Source: Candidatus Brockarchaeota archaeon (GTDB lineage Archaea > Thermoproteota > EX4484-205 > JAAOZP01). Taken from it: a stretch of DNA of 60,033 nt. Below are positions 19,636 to 29,686 of the stretch, in pieces. The stretch lies in NCBI GenBank assembly GCA_017601245.1, contig JAFNJB010000049.1:1-60033 (forward strand), in the 5' to 3' direction. The stretch's first letter is position 1. Every line of letters begins with the position of its first letter. The notes under the pieces are model-generated. The model had not been told where the DNA came from, made no database searches, and saw nothing but the letters and a program-made list of their open reading frames with translations. The translations under genes were made by a program, and so were the position numbers.

Positions 19636-20688
19636 CTAGGCCTTCAATATACGGTATCCGGCAGCTTTCCTAAGCCTGTTTTGTATAGCCATTCCTATAC
19701 CCTCTTCTGGAAAGCCTTCAGCAATGATAATATCCGGATTTCTCCGATCCATATTCCTAAGCGCTGAAAAAAGCCTCTTAGCAACTAGGTCAAGCCTATT
19801 ACGGGGGGCGAGAACTTCTATCATAACACTACTCGGAAGCTTTCTCGCAGTCTCCTCGGAAACAATACAGCCGACTTTTAAACCGGATTTCAAATATTCT
19901 AAAGCTGTTTCAACAATTTTCTCAGAAACCCTATCGTACACTCCCTCTACCACCACCATCTCAGCCTTGGGAGCGTAATGCCTATACTTCATACCGGGAG
20001 AGGCAGGTGTCCCTTGGAAATTGCCAGTGAGGATTGAAGGATGCACCTCAATATCGCTCAAGTATTTTCTAAGAGTCTCGATAGGAATCGGCCCCGGCCT
20101 AAGTATGACAGACTTACTCTCAGTAACATGGATGACTGTAGATTCTACTCCTATGAAGGTTTCACCAGCGTCGATTATCATATCGATAACACCATTCAAA
20201 TCCTCGTATACGTCTCTAGCATTTGTCGGACTAGGCCTTCCTGAAAGGTTTGCACTGGGGGCGGCTATTGGAGAACCAAAATGCTTAATCAAGCCAAGGG
20301 CCACATTATGGGCAGGCATTCTCACAGCAACCGTTTCTAATCCAGCGGAAACAACAGCAGGAACCTTCTGAGACCTTGGGACAACAATCGTCAACGGACC
20401 AGGCCAGAGGTCTTCTATCAGTCTTTCAACCCTCTTCGGCACACTGGTCGAAACCTCTTTCAACATATCCACATTGGAAATATGGACTATCACTGGATTA
20501 TCCGGAGGTCTTTTCTTAGCCTTGAATATTTTAAGCACAGCTTCTTCGTTGAAAGCATCAGCCCCCAAGCCGTATACCGTCTCCGTGGGGAAAGCGACTA
20601 GCCCCCCTGATTTTAACACTGATGCAGCCTCCTCTAAAACTCTCCTAGAAGGATTATGCTTATCCGTCTTCAGAATCCTAGTCAGCAA
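19636..20688 (-). CDS. sua5: Threonylcarbamoyl-AMP synthase Sua5
   Basis: VAFPTETVYGLG, KKRPPDNP, WPGPLT, AAPSANLSG, PGMKY.HYAP, C-terminal SUA5 domain. Confidence 0.96.
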   Translation of the reverse strand: MLTRILKTDKHNPSRRVLEEAASVLKSGGLVAFPTETVYGLGADAFNEEAVLKIFKAKKRPPDNPVIVHISNVDMLKEVSTSVPKRVERLIEDLWPGPLTIVVPRSQKVPAVVSAGLETVAVRMPAHNVALGLIKHFGSPIAAPSANLSGRPSPTNARDVYEDLNGVIDMIIDAGETFIGVESTVIHVTESKSVILRPGPIPIETLRKYLSDIEVHPSILTGNFQGTPASPGMKYRHYAPKAEMVVVEGVYDRVSEKIVETALEYLKSGLKVGCIVSEETARKLPSSVMIEVLAPRNRLDLVAKRLFSALRNMDRRNPDIIIAEGFPEEGIGMAIQNRLRKAAGYRILKA

Positions 20689-20820
20689 TCAGCAATATTG
20701 TAATCAACAGCCTGTTTAATAATGTTTATCCAACAGTCTTCAGAATGCTTGGGAACGCCGTTTGTAAAATAAGGTTTATGTTTAAATGCAGCCCTCATTA
20801 AAACGAGGCTATGTCACAAT

Positions 20821-21027
20821 ATGAAGATTAAAGTATTCATACAAAGAAGTGGTGAAACGAAGCTAATCGACCTAGGGGAAAACAGTAGAATTGGGGACCT
20901 TCTTAAATCCCTAGGTATAAGCCCTTCTGAAATAGTCCCGGTTAAGAACGGTGCTATAGTAACTGAGAGGGAAATCCTAAGGGACGGTGATGAAGTTAAG
21001 CTTCTAAGCGTTGTTTCAGGCGGATGA
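20821..21027 (+). CDS. Ubiquitin-like sulfur carrier (MoaD/ThiS/SAMP)
   Basis: 68 aa beta-grasp ending VSGG, directly upstream of a 2-thiouridylase. Confidence 0.92.
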   Translation: MKIKVFIQRSGETKLIDLGENSRIGDLLKSLGISPSEIVPVKNGAIVTEREILRDGDEVKLLSVVSGG

Positions 21028-21031
21028 AAGA

Positions 21032-21973
21032 ATGGTTTGTGAAGAATGTGAAAACAGGGGGGTCTACCTGTCTTTAAGCGGTAAGAGCCTGTGTTCAAAG
21101 CATTTTAGAAAATACTTTGAGACTAAGGTTATGAGGACGATTAAAAAGTACGATTTGCTTAGGTACGGTGAGAAGGTGCTAGTCGCCTGTTCCGGCGGTA
21201 AGGACAGTACTGTACTTCTCAACTTCCTATGGAACCTCGTTAAAAAGAAGCGTGAAAACGTTGCTGCAATAGCGGTTGATGAAGGCATAGCAGGGTATAG
21301 AGACATCAAGCTTAAGGGTCTTGTTAAGTTTTGCAACGAAAAGGAAATCCCTCTTCATGTCTATTCTTTTAAAGATTATTACGGATTTACTCTAGACGAG
21401 GCTGTTAGAATCTCAAAGGAGAACAGACTAGACTTAAAACCGTGCTATATATGCGGTGTGCTCAGGAGGAATCTGATAAACAATGTTGCTAGAGAACTCG
21501 GCTTCTCCAAGGTTGCTACAGGCCACAATCTTGACGATGAGGCCCAGACGATAATGATGAACTACCTCCGTGGGAACCCCTCTCTACTTGCACGCTTAGG
21601 CCCTAAGACGGGGGTTATCAGCGACGAGGGTTTTGTCCAAAGGATTAAACCCTTCTACTTCTGCACTGAGAAAGAGGACACGATCTATGCTTTACTAAAC
21701 GGTATTGAAGTAGATTTCGTACAGTGTCCATATCACGTTGAGAACTACAGGCTTGAAATAAGGGATTTTCTAAATAGGCTAGAATCCATAATCCCGGGCG
21801 TAAAGCACGGGTTGGTAAATAATTTTCTTAAGATACTGCCACTTTTGAAAAGAGAGTTTTCAGCTTTAAAAATTGAAAAATGCAAAGTCTGCGGAAATCC
21901 TTCTGCTAGAAACACTTGTAGAGCATGTATGATAAAGATGAGAATAGAGCCGTTTTTGAAAAAGGGGAATTGA
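21032..21973 (+). CDS. ncsA: tRNA 2-thiolation protein NcsA/TtuA (PP-loop)
   Basis: N-terminal CEEC..C..H, SGGKDS, PC.ICG..RR, TGHNLDD, CPY, C-terminal C..CG....C..C. Confidence 0.92.
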   Translation: MVCEECENRGVYLSLSGKSLCSKHFRKYFETKVMRTIKKYDLLRYGEKVLVACSGGKDSTVLLNFLWNLVKKKRENVAAIAVDEGIAGYRDIKLKGLVKFCNEKEIPLHVYSFKDYYGFTLDEAVRISKENRLDLKPCYICGVLRRNLINNVARELGFSKVATGHNLDDEAQTIMMNYLRGNPSLLARLGPKTGVISDEGFVQRIKPFYFCTEKEDTIYALLNGIEVDFVQCPYHVENYRLEIRDFLNRLESIIPGVKHGLVNNFLKILPLLKREFSALKIEKCKVCGNPSARNTCRACMIKMRIEPFLKKGN

Positions 21974-22254
21974 CCTTGGAAATCGTTAAAGAGAAATCCC
22001 CATTCATGTTTCCGGAAAACAGGCTTAAATTAGCCTGGTTAATCAGAAGAGAAGGATTCTACGTTAGGATGCACGGCTATGAATACCTCGTGTCCCACGG
22101 GGGCAGATTTCTATGCTTGATACTTCTACAACCAATGAATAGGATCGTTATGATTAGAGTATTCAATTGGATTGAGAATTCGCATAGGCTAGTTGGGAGA
22201 ATTATAGAATTGATAAAGTCTTTAGATAATGTTTCAGAAATAGTTGTTTACTAA
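21970..22254 (+). CDS. Hypothetical protein
   Basis: TTGA start/stop coupling with ncsA; no motif recognised. Confidence 0.55.
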   Translation: MTLEIVKEKSPFMFPENRLKLAWLIRREGFYVRMHGYEYLVSHGGRFLCLILLQPMNRIVMIRVFNWIENSHRLVGRIIELIKSLDNVSEIVVY

Positions 22255-22290
22255 AGTTTTTTAAGTAACTTTCTGCCGATTTGAAGGGCT

Positions 22291-23724
22291 ATGCAGAATT
22301 TAGAAAAGCCCTTAATACTGGACACAACCCTTAGAGAAGGGCTCCAAACACCAAGAGTATACTTCACCCTGGACGAGAGGATTACAATACTACAGGAGCT
22401 TGACAAAGCAGGCATAGATTTCATTGAAATAGGATCGCCCTATGCGAGCGAGGGGGAGAGGAAACTCGTAGAGGAGCTTGGTAGGATAAAGACGAGGGCC
22501 GTTAAAGTCGTCCATTGCAGAGCGTTGGAGTCCGACATTGATACTGCACCTGAAAGCGTAGAGTGGGTGGCGCTTTACCTTTCACCAGCTGATAGGCACT
22601 TGGAGGCAAAATTCGACAAAATAGAGGATAAGCGTGGATTCGTATTAAAACAAGTTCCTAGAGCGATTAGTTATGCTAAGAGCAAGGGCTATAGGGTAAG
22701 GTATACTGCGGAAGATGCTTTTAGAGCAGACCCGGCTTTCCTGAGGCAGGTTGTGGTTAAGGCCGTTGAAGCAGGTGTGGATTCTGTAAGCCTTCCCGAT
22801 ACTTCCGGCGGCGCTTCGCCCATGGATGTTAGGAAGGTCTACGGTGAGATAAGTAGCCTACTCAAAGACATTGGGGCGAGATGTGTAATAGAAGCTCATT
22901 TCCACAATGACATGGGCGTTGCTCTTGCAAATACTTTAGAAGCTTGGATGAGCGGAGCCAAAATACTGCACGGTACGGTTAATGCCCTCGGCGAGAGGGC
23001 TGGGATAACGGACACGCTTGTTTTAGCAACATGGATGAAAGTAAAATTCGGCTATGATTACGATCTTCCAAGACTAGTTAAGCTTGCAGAGTATGTGAGT
23101 AAAATCTCTGGAATAGAAATACCTCCTAATCAACCGATTTCCGGAAGCAACGTTTTCATACATACCGCAGGCACTCACCAGAAGGCTGCTTTCCGAGACC
23201 CATTGACATACCAGCCTTTCGACGCAAGCATAATAGGAAGGGAAAGCGGATTTGCCTTAGGGCCGATGGTCGGTAGTGAGGGTGTTAAAGCAGCATTGAA
23301 AAAGAGAGGGGTGGAGATCAGTACTCTTGGTGAGGAGGTTTTCGAGGAGATAAGAGATAGGATTAAGTCAGCATACCTTCTTCACGGGAGGGGGGCATCA
23401 GCAATGGAGAATATAATCATAGCGGAGGTTTTAAATAAGACAGGTATGGTCAAGATAACTATTCCAGAGAACCTATCCGCGCAAATACTCGTAGACGTTG
23501 AGAGCATGGGCGATAAGGATTTTGAAGACTTCTGTAGAGAACTGTTAGCCAAGAACAAGGGCGTTACCGAAATAATTGAAATATGGGGCTCTTCCTTTGA
23601 CTATATGGTAAGGGTTGAGGAAGTCCCAAGCCTGAAGGAGCTGGATAACATTGTCAACAATTTCAGGAGAGTGAAGGGAGTCTTAAGGACGGAAACTCTA
23701 ATAACGGGTAAGAAGATAAAATAA
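22291..23724 (+). CDS. lysS: Homocitrate synthase-like DRE-TIM enzyme with C-terminal Lrp/AsnC (RAM) ligand-binding domain
   Basis: LDTTLREGLQ, AEDAFR, PDTSG, HFHND.G.A.AN, GERAG, HTAGTH; C-terminal ..I.EI.G..DY.VRV...L..L..I......GV..TET. Confidence 0.8.
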   Translation: MQNLEKPLILDTTLREGLQTPRVYFTLDERITILQELDKAGIDFIEIGSPYASEGERKLVEELGRIKTRAVKVVHCRALESDIDTAPESVEWVALYLSPADRHLEAKFDKIEDKRGFVLKQVPRAISYAKSKGYRVRYTAEDAFRADPAFLRQVVVKAVEAGVDSVSLPDTSGGASPMDVRKVYGEISSLLKDIGARCVIEAHFHNDMGVALANTLEAWMSGAKILHGTVNALGERAGITDTLVLATWMKVKFGYDYDLPRLVKLAEYVSKISGIEIPPNQPISGSNVFIHTAGTHQKAAFRDPLTYQPFDASIIGRESGFALGPMVGSEGVKAALKKRGVEISTLGEEVFEEIRDRIKSAYLLHGRGASAMENIIIAEVLNKTGMVKITIPENLSAQILVDVESMGDKDFEDFCRELLAKNKGVTEIIEIWGSSFDYMVRVEEVPSLKELDNIVNNFRRVKGVLRTETLITGKKIK

Positions 23725-23804
23725 GCTCGATTTTTAGAATTCCGTTTAATAAATCGTGGTTTTAATGGAAAAAGTTAAATTTAACACTAAACGATCTGTT
23801 CAAT

Positions 23805-24299
23805 ATGCTAATTGGACTCATAAGCGATACTCACGATAATTTAATAATGATTGAGAAGTCGGTAGCTTTCTTCAATGAAAAAAAGGTGGAGGTTGTGCTT
23901 CACGCTGGCGATGTCATAAGCCCGTTTACAGTAAGGAAGTTCAAAGAGTGTAGGGCTAAACTCATACTCGTATACGGTAATAATGATGGCGATAGGAGTA
24001 ATCTTCAGAGAATGTTCTCTGAAATAGGCGCCCAATTCTACTGGCCTGCTGCGATACTGGAATTAGACGGTAAGAAGACACTAGTACTACACGGCGAGGA
24101 CTCTAGGCTTATCGAAGAAATAGCAAGCAAGAACATGTTCGACTTAATAGTGTCGGGACATACTCATGAGAAACACGTAAGAAGAATAGGAGGAACATTA
24201 TGGGTTAACCCTGGAGAAGCATGTGGATACTTAACTGGAACTTCTACGGTTGGAATATACGATTCTTCAAAACATGATGTTGAGATATTCGAACTCTAG
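23805..24299 (+). CDS. YfcE/MJ0936-family metallophosphoesterase
   Basis: SDTH, HAGD, GNND, LHG, GHTH, NPG. Confidence 0.92.
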   Translation: MLIGLISDTHDNLIMIEKSVAFFNEKKVEVVLHAGDVISPFTVRKFKECRAKLILVYGNNDGDRSNLQRMFSEIGAQFYWPAAILELDGKKTLVLHGEDSRLIEEIASKNMFDLIVSGHTHEKHVRRIGGTLWVNPGEACGYLTGTSTVGIYDSSKHDVEIFEL

Positions 24300-24346
24300 C
24301 TTTTAGGAAAAATTTTATATAAACCTCTGTTAAAAGGCTGGCGAAC

Positions 24347-25609
24347 TTGGGCGAGACAATAATTCAGAAGCTGTTTAGGAATAGGCTTGGCAGACCAGTT
24401 AAACCGGGTGAAATAGTCGTTGTAGACATAGACTTGGCCTATGCTCATGATGGAACAGGCCCACTTGCCATAGATGCTTTCAACGAGCTTGGCTCCAGTA
24501 AAGTATACGACCCCTCTAGGATAAGGTTTGTAATAGACCATGCCTCACCTAGTCCGAATGAAGGAGCCTCAAACCTACAGCTTAAGCTGAGAAAATTCGC
24601 AAAGGAGAATAACATAAAAGTATACGAAGTTGGAGAGGGGATATGTCATCAGGTCATACCTGAAAACGAGAATCTTAAGCCGGGTATGATGATAGTCGGC
24701 GCTGATTCCCACACCGTAACCCTGGGTGCATTCAGCCTGTTTGCAACAGGCATAGGCTCTACTGATTTTGCAGAAGTCATGACTTCCGGTAAATTATGGT
24801 TTAAGGTCCCTGAGGCTATGAAAGTCTCTTTAACAGGGAAATTGAAGCCGGGGGTGATGTCCAAAGACCTTATCCTTAGGATAATAGGCGACGTAGGAGC
24901 TGATGGAGCAACTTACATGAGTGTCGAATTCCAGGGTGACGGCGTTAAAACGCTTTCCATGGCGAGTAGGATGACCGTATGCAACATGGTTGTGGAAATG
25001 GGTGCTAAGAACGGTATTTTCCCGTTGGATGAGATTACCCTAAAACATGTTGACGCAAGCGGTTTGAAGGATAAGAGCATATTCAAGCCCGATGAAAACG
25101 CTGATTACGCTGTGAGCCTCAACTATAAGCTCGATGAGCTTGAACCAGTTGTAGCAGCCCCCCATAACGTTGACAACGTTAAGCCCGTTAAGGAGCTTGA
25201 GGGACTGGAGGTCAACCAGGTTTTCATAGGCTCTTGCACGAACGGTAGAGAGGAGGATTTTGAAATCGCTGCGAGAATACTCTCAAAGAAAGGCGTTAAG
25301 AAAGGCGTTAGATGTATTGCAATACCTGCCTCCAGAAAGGTATTCCTAAACCTTCTTAGAAACGGTATAATAGATAAGCTTGTTTCAGCAGGATGTACGG
25401 TGACTCATAGTACCTGCGGACCCTGCTTAGGAGTCCACTTTGGAATATTGGGATCGGGAGAAGTGGCGGTCTCTACTTCCAACAGGAATTTCAAGGGTAG
25501 GATGGGCAATCCGGAATCTAGCATATACTTAGCGAGTCCAGCGACTGCAGCCGCTTCAGCAACAGAAGGAGTTATAACAGACCCTAGGAAATTCGTAGAA
25601 GGATGGTGA
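24347..25609 (+). CDS. 3-isopropylmalate/homoaconitate hydratase large subunit (LeuC/HacA/LysT)
   Basis: HDGT, DHA.P, GICHQ, DSHT, GSCTNGR, CGPC.G, NRNF.GRMG, LASPA. Confidence 0.95.
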   Translation: MGETIIQKLFRNRLGRPVKPGEIVVVDIDLAYAHDGTGPLAIDAFNELGSSKVYDPSRIRFVIDHASPSPNEGASNLQLKLRKFAKENNIKVYEVGEGICHQVIPENENLKPGMMIVGADSHTVTLGAFSLFATGIGSTDFAEVMTSGKLWFKVPEAMKVSLTGKLKPGVMSKDLILRIIGDVGADGATYMSVEFQGDGVKTLSMASRMTVCNMVVEMGAKNGIFPLDEITLKHVDASGLKDKSIFKPDENADYAVSLNYKLDELEPVVAAPHNVDNVKPVKELEGLEVNQVFIGSCTNGREEDFEIAARILSKKGVKKGVRCIAIPASRKVFLNLLRNGIIDKLVSAGCTVTHSTCGPCLGVHFGILGSGEVAVSTSNRNFKGRMGNPESSIYLASPATAAASATEGVITDPRKFVEGW

Positions 25610-25613
25610 GAAA

Positions 25614-26114
25614 ATGATACTTAGAGGAAAAGTCTGGGTTCTCGGAGACCATATCAATACTGATGTCATAATACCTGCGAAATACAAGTTTAGAACCGGG
25701 GATTTCAAAGAGCTTGCTAAACACGTCTTTGAAGACCTTGACCCCACGCTGGCATCTAAAATATCCAAGGGAGATATCGTTGTAGCCGGCAGGAATTTCG
25801 GAATGGGTTCAAGCAGGGAGCATGCCCCCAGGGTGATAAAAGAAGCGGGTATATCAGCGATAGTAGCATGCTCCTTTGCCAGAATCTTTTTCAGAAACGC
25901 GATAAACGTCGGGTTACCCGTCATAGAGGTTAAAGACGTTAACAAGCATTTCAAAGAAGGAGACATAGCAGTAATAGACCTTGAGAAAGGAATTGTTAAG
26001 AACGAAACAACAGGCGTTGAACTAAAGTTCTCACCCTACCCAGAATTCATAATGAACATTATGAGGGCAGGGGGGCTTGCAGTATATAGGAAGAGAGTTC
26101 AGCAAATTTCATAG
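25614..26114 (+). CDS. 3-isopropylmalate/homoaconitate hydratase small subunit (LeuD/HacB/LysU)
   Basis: GDHINTDVIIP, NFGMGSSREHA, SFARIFFRNAINVGLP. Confidence 0.95.
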   Translation: MILRGKVWVLGDHINTDVIIPAKYKFRTGDFKELAKHVFEDLDPTLASKISKGDIVVAGRNFGMGSSREHAPRVIKEAGISAIVACSFARIFFRNAINVGLPVIEVKDVNKHFKEGDIAVIDLEKGIVKNETTGVELKFSPYPEFIMNIMRAGGLAVYRKRVQQIS

Positions 26115-26148
26115 AAAAACATAAAGCTATGTTCTAGCGTTAGAACTT

Positions 26149-26585
26149 GTGACTCATATAGATAAAGAGAGTTTCAATAGGCTTATAAATGAGGCTCGAG
26201 ACGCGCTCGATGAGGTTAGAAGATAGTTTCGATGGATATTAGTGAATTCTCTACAGATAGAAGAGCAAGATATAGCCTAAGGTATTCCATAATAGTGATA
26301 GTTGAAGCTTTAGCAGACCTTTCCGTCACTATTCTTGAAAAGGATTTTAACGATGCTGCTGAAAGCTATAGAGAAGCTTTCCTAAAGCTCGTAGACCACA
26401 AGGTGATAAGTTTAGACACTTTCAACAGTATAGCTAAACTAGTATCATTAAGAAACCAGATAGTACATAGATACTGGACTATAGATGACTTGAGAATTCA
26501 CAGGGAGGCTAAGGAGAACGGTATGGAGGCAATTAAACATTTTATTAAAGAGGTGGAAAAGTATGTCGAGACTAAGGATCCTTGA
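26149..26585 (+). pseudogene. HEPN (DUF86/HepT-type) RNase toxin with a 1-nt frameshift
   Basis: GTG at 26149 opens MTHIDKESFNRLINEARDALDEVRR, then TAG at 26224-26226. The -1 frame continues IVS-MDISEF... to RNQIVHRY (RX4HXY). Confidence 0.75.
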
Positions 26586-27003
26586 AGAAGAAAAACGCCG
26601 ATCTAAGTCAATGCCTTGGAGTGAAAGGGAAAAAGTATTAGAACGTTTACTAAAACTCCTATATGAGCATCGAGAGATATTGCTTGCAGTGGTACATGGA
26701 GGATTCGTGAGCTCAAATATTTTCCGAGATGTTGACATAGCTGTTTACACAAGGTATGCAATAAGTTACGACGAAGAACCCGTATACGTTGACGAGCTTA
26801 AGGAGGATTTGGAAAAGGAAGTTAATCTTCCCATCGATGTCCAACTGCTTGACTATGCTCCTCCAGCATTCAGGTTGGCAGCCCTCAGGGGAAAATTGCT
26901 CTTGGAGAGAATCAGCGGGTTAAGAGCGCTCTTAAGGCTTCATGCAGCCGAAGAATTTGAAGCATTACAACTTAAAACTAATAAGTCCAGAATTCTCCAT
27001 TAA
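26563..27003 (+). CDS. Minimal nucleotidyltransferase (MNT/MntA-type antitoxin)
   Basis: LAVVHGGF......DVDIAV, DVQLL..AP; overlaps the HEPN 3' end. Confidence 0.85.
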   Translation: MSRLRILEEEKRRSKSMPWSEREKVLERLLKLLYEHREILLAVVHGGFVSSNIFRDVDIAVYTRYAISYDEEPVYVDELKEDLEKEVNLPIDVQLLDYAPPAFRLAALRGKLLLERISGLRALLRLHAAEEFEALQLKTNKSRILH

Positions 27004-27210
27004 ACTGAGCATCCCGCCATATAGCTCTACGTCGCGCCTGGGAATCCTTTGAGTAAAATCATGTGAAAAAATCTTAATTTTCTATTAAATCTTATACGTA
27101 AGCCTTTTGTTCACAGCCTTAACGCATATTAGAGATAAGAGTCTTTTTAAAAAAAATATTAAGTACCTTTAGAAGATTAAAAGAATTAAAGCTATGAAGT
27201 GTGATGAATA

Positions 27211-28128
27211 ATGGAAGATGCTCTTAATGCTGTAAGCATTGAAGGGATTGTGAAAACATTCGGTAATAAGGTGGTTTTGAATGGTGTTTCTTTTACCGTT
27301 CGGAAAGGCAATATTCATGGGCTTCTTGGGCATAACGGTGCGGGGAAGACAACACTCTTCCGCATAATACTTGGTCTACTAAACCCAGACAAGGGTTCTG
27401 TAAAAATATTTGGAGTCGACCCGAAGCTCGATCCAAGCATTAAATCTAAGATAGGGTATGTATCTGAGCATTTGGCTTTTTACTCCCAATTAACAGTCAG
27501 GGAAAACTTGATTAGATTCGGGGATTTGAAAGGTGTAAGTGATTGTAAGAAAGTAGTCGAGGACCTTATTAGGAGATTTGAGCTCTCAGATTTTGCTGAT
27601 GTGAAGTTCGCTAAACTTTCAATGGGCACCAAGCAGAGGGTAGCTATTGCTCGAGCCATGATGAACAACCCGAAACTATTAATCCTAGACGAGTTTCTAG
27701 CCAACATAGACCCTGTTTGGAGACATAGGATAAAGGGAATACTGAAGGATCTGAAGAAAGACGATGTTGCAATACTGGTTTCAACACATATACTTGCAGA
27801 TGTCGAAGAGCTTTGCGACTATGTTACGATAATAAGAATGGGGGAGATACTGTACGATGGTAGTCTTGACGACCTGTATCAGAAAACTGGCTTAAAGAAT
27901 CTTGTTGCAAAGATAAATACTAATAATAATAACAAAGCCTATGAGATACTTGCTTGTATAAATGCATCCAAGGCAGAGGACGGTACCTTAATAGTTCCAG
28001 TTAGAAGCGAGGAAGAAGTTTCAACTATAATACAGACCCTAGTCGATAATAAGATGAGTGTTTACGAGGCGAGGGTCTTGAAGCCCAGCTTAGAGGAGGT
28101 TTATTCCCGCCTACACAGAGGCTGTTAA
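27211..28128 (+). CDS. ABC-2 type exporter ATP-binding subunit
   Basis: GHNGAGKTT, LSMGTKQR, LILDE, STH, C-terminal PSLEEVY. Confidence 0.93.
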   Translation: MEDALNAVSIEGIVKTFGNKVVLNGVSFTVRKGNIHGLLGHNGAGKTTLFRIILGLLNPDKGSVKIFGVDPKLDPSIKSKIGYVSEHLAFYSQLTVRENLIRFGDLKGVSDCKKVVEDLIRRFELSDFADVKFAKLSMGTKQRVAIARAMMNNPKLLILDEFLANIDPVWRHRIKGILKDLKKDDVAILVSTHILADVEELCDYVTIIRMGEILYDGSLDDLYQKTGLKNLVAKINTNNNNKAYEILACINASKAEDGTLIVPVRSEEEVSTIIQTLVDNKMSVYEARVLKPSLEEVYSRLHRGC

Positions 28129-28129
28129 A

Positions 28130-28837
28130 ATGAATGAGGCCAAGTTCATCGTAAAAGAAGTAAAGTTCGTAACGAAAACCAATGGGCCAGCAGTATTATT
28201 ATCTCTCGCAATAATTATGCCGTATCTTTTCCCTAATTTTCTTAACCTTCAGAGGGTTGTTTCCGGAAGCGAGGTTATGGAAATTAAGACGACCATCATA
28301 TCTAACATGGTAGAAACAACATTGCTGGCTATTCCAAACATAACAATTTTCTCCTTTTTCGTAATTCTCATGATAATCATTATGGAGAAAAACGACAAAG
28401 TTTTTGAACAAATATTTGTTGCAACACCTCTCTCTCAACTAAAAATACTGCTTTACCATTTCTTTGCATTCATCCCAGTATTAATCCTATTGCTTACAAT
28501 AGTTCATCTTCTGACTGCCATCGTTATAACTATTATTACAGGCAATCCATACCTAATGTTAGTACTCAGATCTTTTATACTATCGCTTATACTCAGCTTG
28601 TCTTTAGGCTACACGACATTTTTAAACGAAATACTGATACCTTCCAAGTACGCATTTTGGATAATTCTCCTCCCACTTATATTAGCTAATATTCTAAACA
28701 TGGCTCCCTTTGTTAGAAAAGATGCAATCGAATTAACCATTATTTACATGCTAATAACTTTGATAACAGGTTTAATTGGCTTAGTAGAAACTATCCTCCT
28801 AAAAGATAAAGTGGCTGAACGGGTAATAACAACTTAA
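28130..28837 (+). CDS. ABC-2 permease (paralog 1)
   Basis: 6 TM segments, EKNDKVFEQI...P coupling loop; 1 nt downstream of the ATPase. Confidence 0.8.
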   Translation: MNEAKFIVKEVKFVTKTNGPAVLLSLAIIMPYLFPNFLNLQRVVSGSEVMEIKTTIISNMVETTLLAIPNITIFSFFVILMIIIMEKNDKVFEQIFVATPLSQLKILLYHFFAFIPVLILLLTIVHLLTAIVITIITGNPYLMLVLRSFILSLILSLSLGYTTFLNEILIPSKYAFWIILLPLILANILNMAPFVRKDAIELTIIYMLITLITGLIGLVETILLKDKVAERVITT

Positions 28838-28957
28838 CACGGAGGGGGCATATTGTGATAAGCCAGATGATTATGAAAATCGTTTCAACCAGTAAATGCG
28901 ATCATGACACCTCTGACAAAGAGCATGTATGCTTTAATCTAAGGAGGGGAAGATAAA

Positions 28958-29686
28958 ATGAGTCTAAATATTCTAATTAAAGAGGTACGTTTTATGGTAA
29001 AAAGAGCATTTCCCCATATCCCCATGATTATTGCGGTTTCTCTAATGTTAATAGCCCCTCTTTACATTAATCTCCGTGGAAAAGTTTCTGAGGTTTTAAC
29101 ACCAGAGGCCAAATCAATCATCATAAATAACACGATAGAAACGTATACATCACTCTCTATCGTGACAACTTCATCCATGTATCTTTATCTGGTTGGCTCA
29201 CTAGTTAGAGAGGACAGAGAGGACAAGGTTTTTGAACATTTGTTCTCAAGTCCAATACCGCCTTTGAAAATCATTCTTTACCGTTTTGCAGCCTCTATTC
29301 CATTCCTCATTCTATGCTGTGCAATAATGTCTCTGTTAAATTTTCTAGCCATATTAATAGCAGTGTCAGATTTTCTAAGCATTACATACTTTTCAATAGC
29401 ATTGTTTTTCATTCTATCAGTCATCCTAGGCCTACCATTATGTTACATCATGATTTTTAATGGACTCATAATACCACAGAAATACTTTATTGCAATGATT
29501 TTAATCTTTCAACTACCAATATTTAGCACAGGCGGTCTTGCAATTCTATTAAGTGCTACTCAATCTACGCCATTCGAAGCATTTCGTCTTGCAACGATTA
29601 TTGTTTCAGTAATTATAACGATAATTAGCCTAGTAGAGACTGTTTTTATGAAGGACAGGGTTGTTGAAATGATAATAACAGCTTAG
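28958..29686 (+). CDS. ABC-2 permease (paralog 2)
   Basis: 6 TM segments, DREDKVFEHL...P; C-terminus LVETVFMKDRV parallels LVETILLKDKV of paralog 1. Confidence 0.8.
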   Translation: MSLNILIKEVRFMVKRAFPHIPMIIAVSLMLIAPLYINLRGKVSEVLTPEAKSIIINNTIETYTSLSIVTTSSMYLYLVGSLVREDREDKVFEHLFSSPIPPLKIILYRFAASIPFLILCCAIMSLLNFLAILIAVSDFLSITYFSIALFFILSVILGLPLCYIMIFNGLIIPQKYFIAMILIFQLPIFSTGGLAILLSATQSTPFEAFRLATIIVSVIITIISLVETVFMKDRVVEMIITA

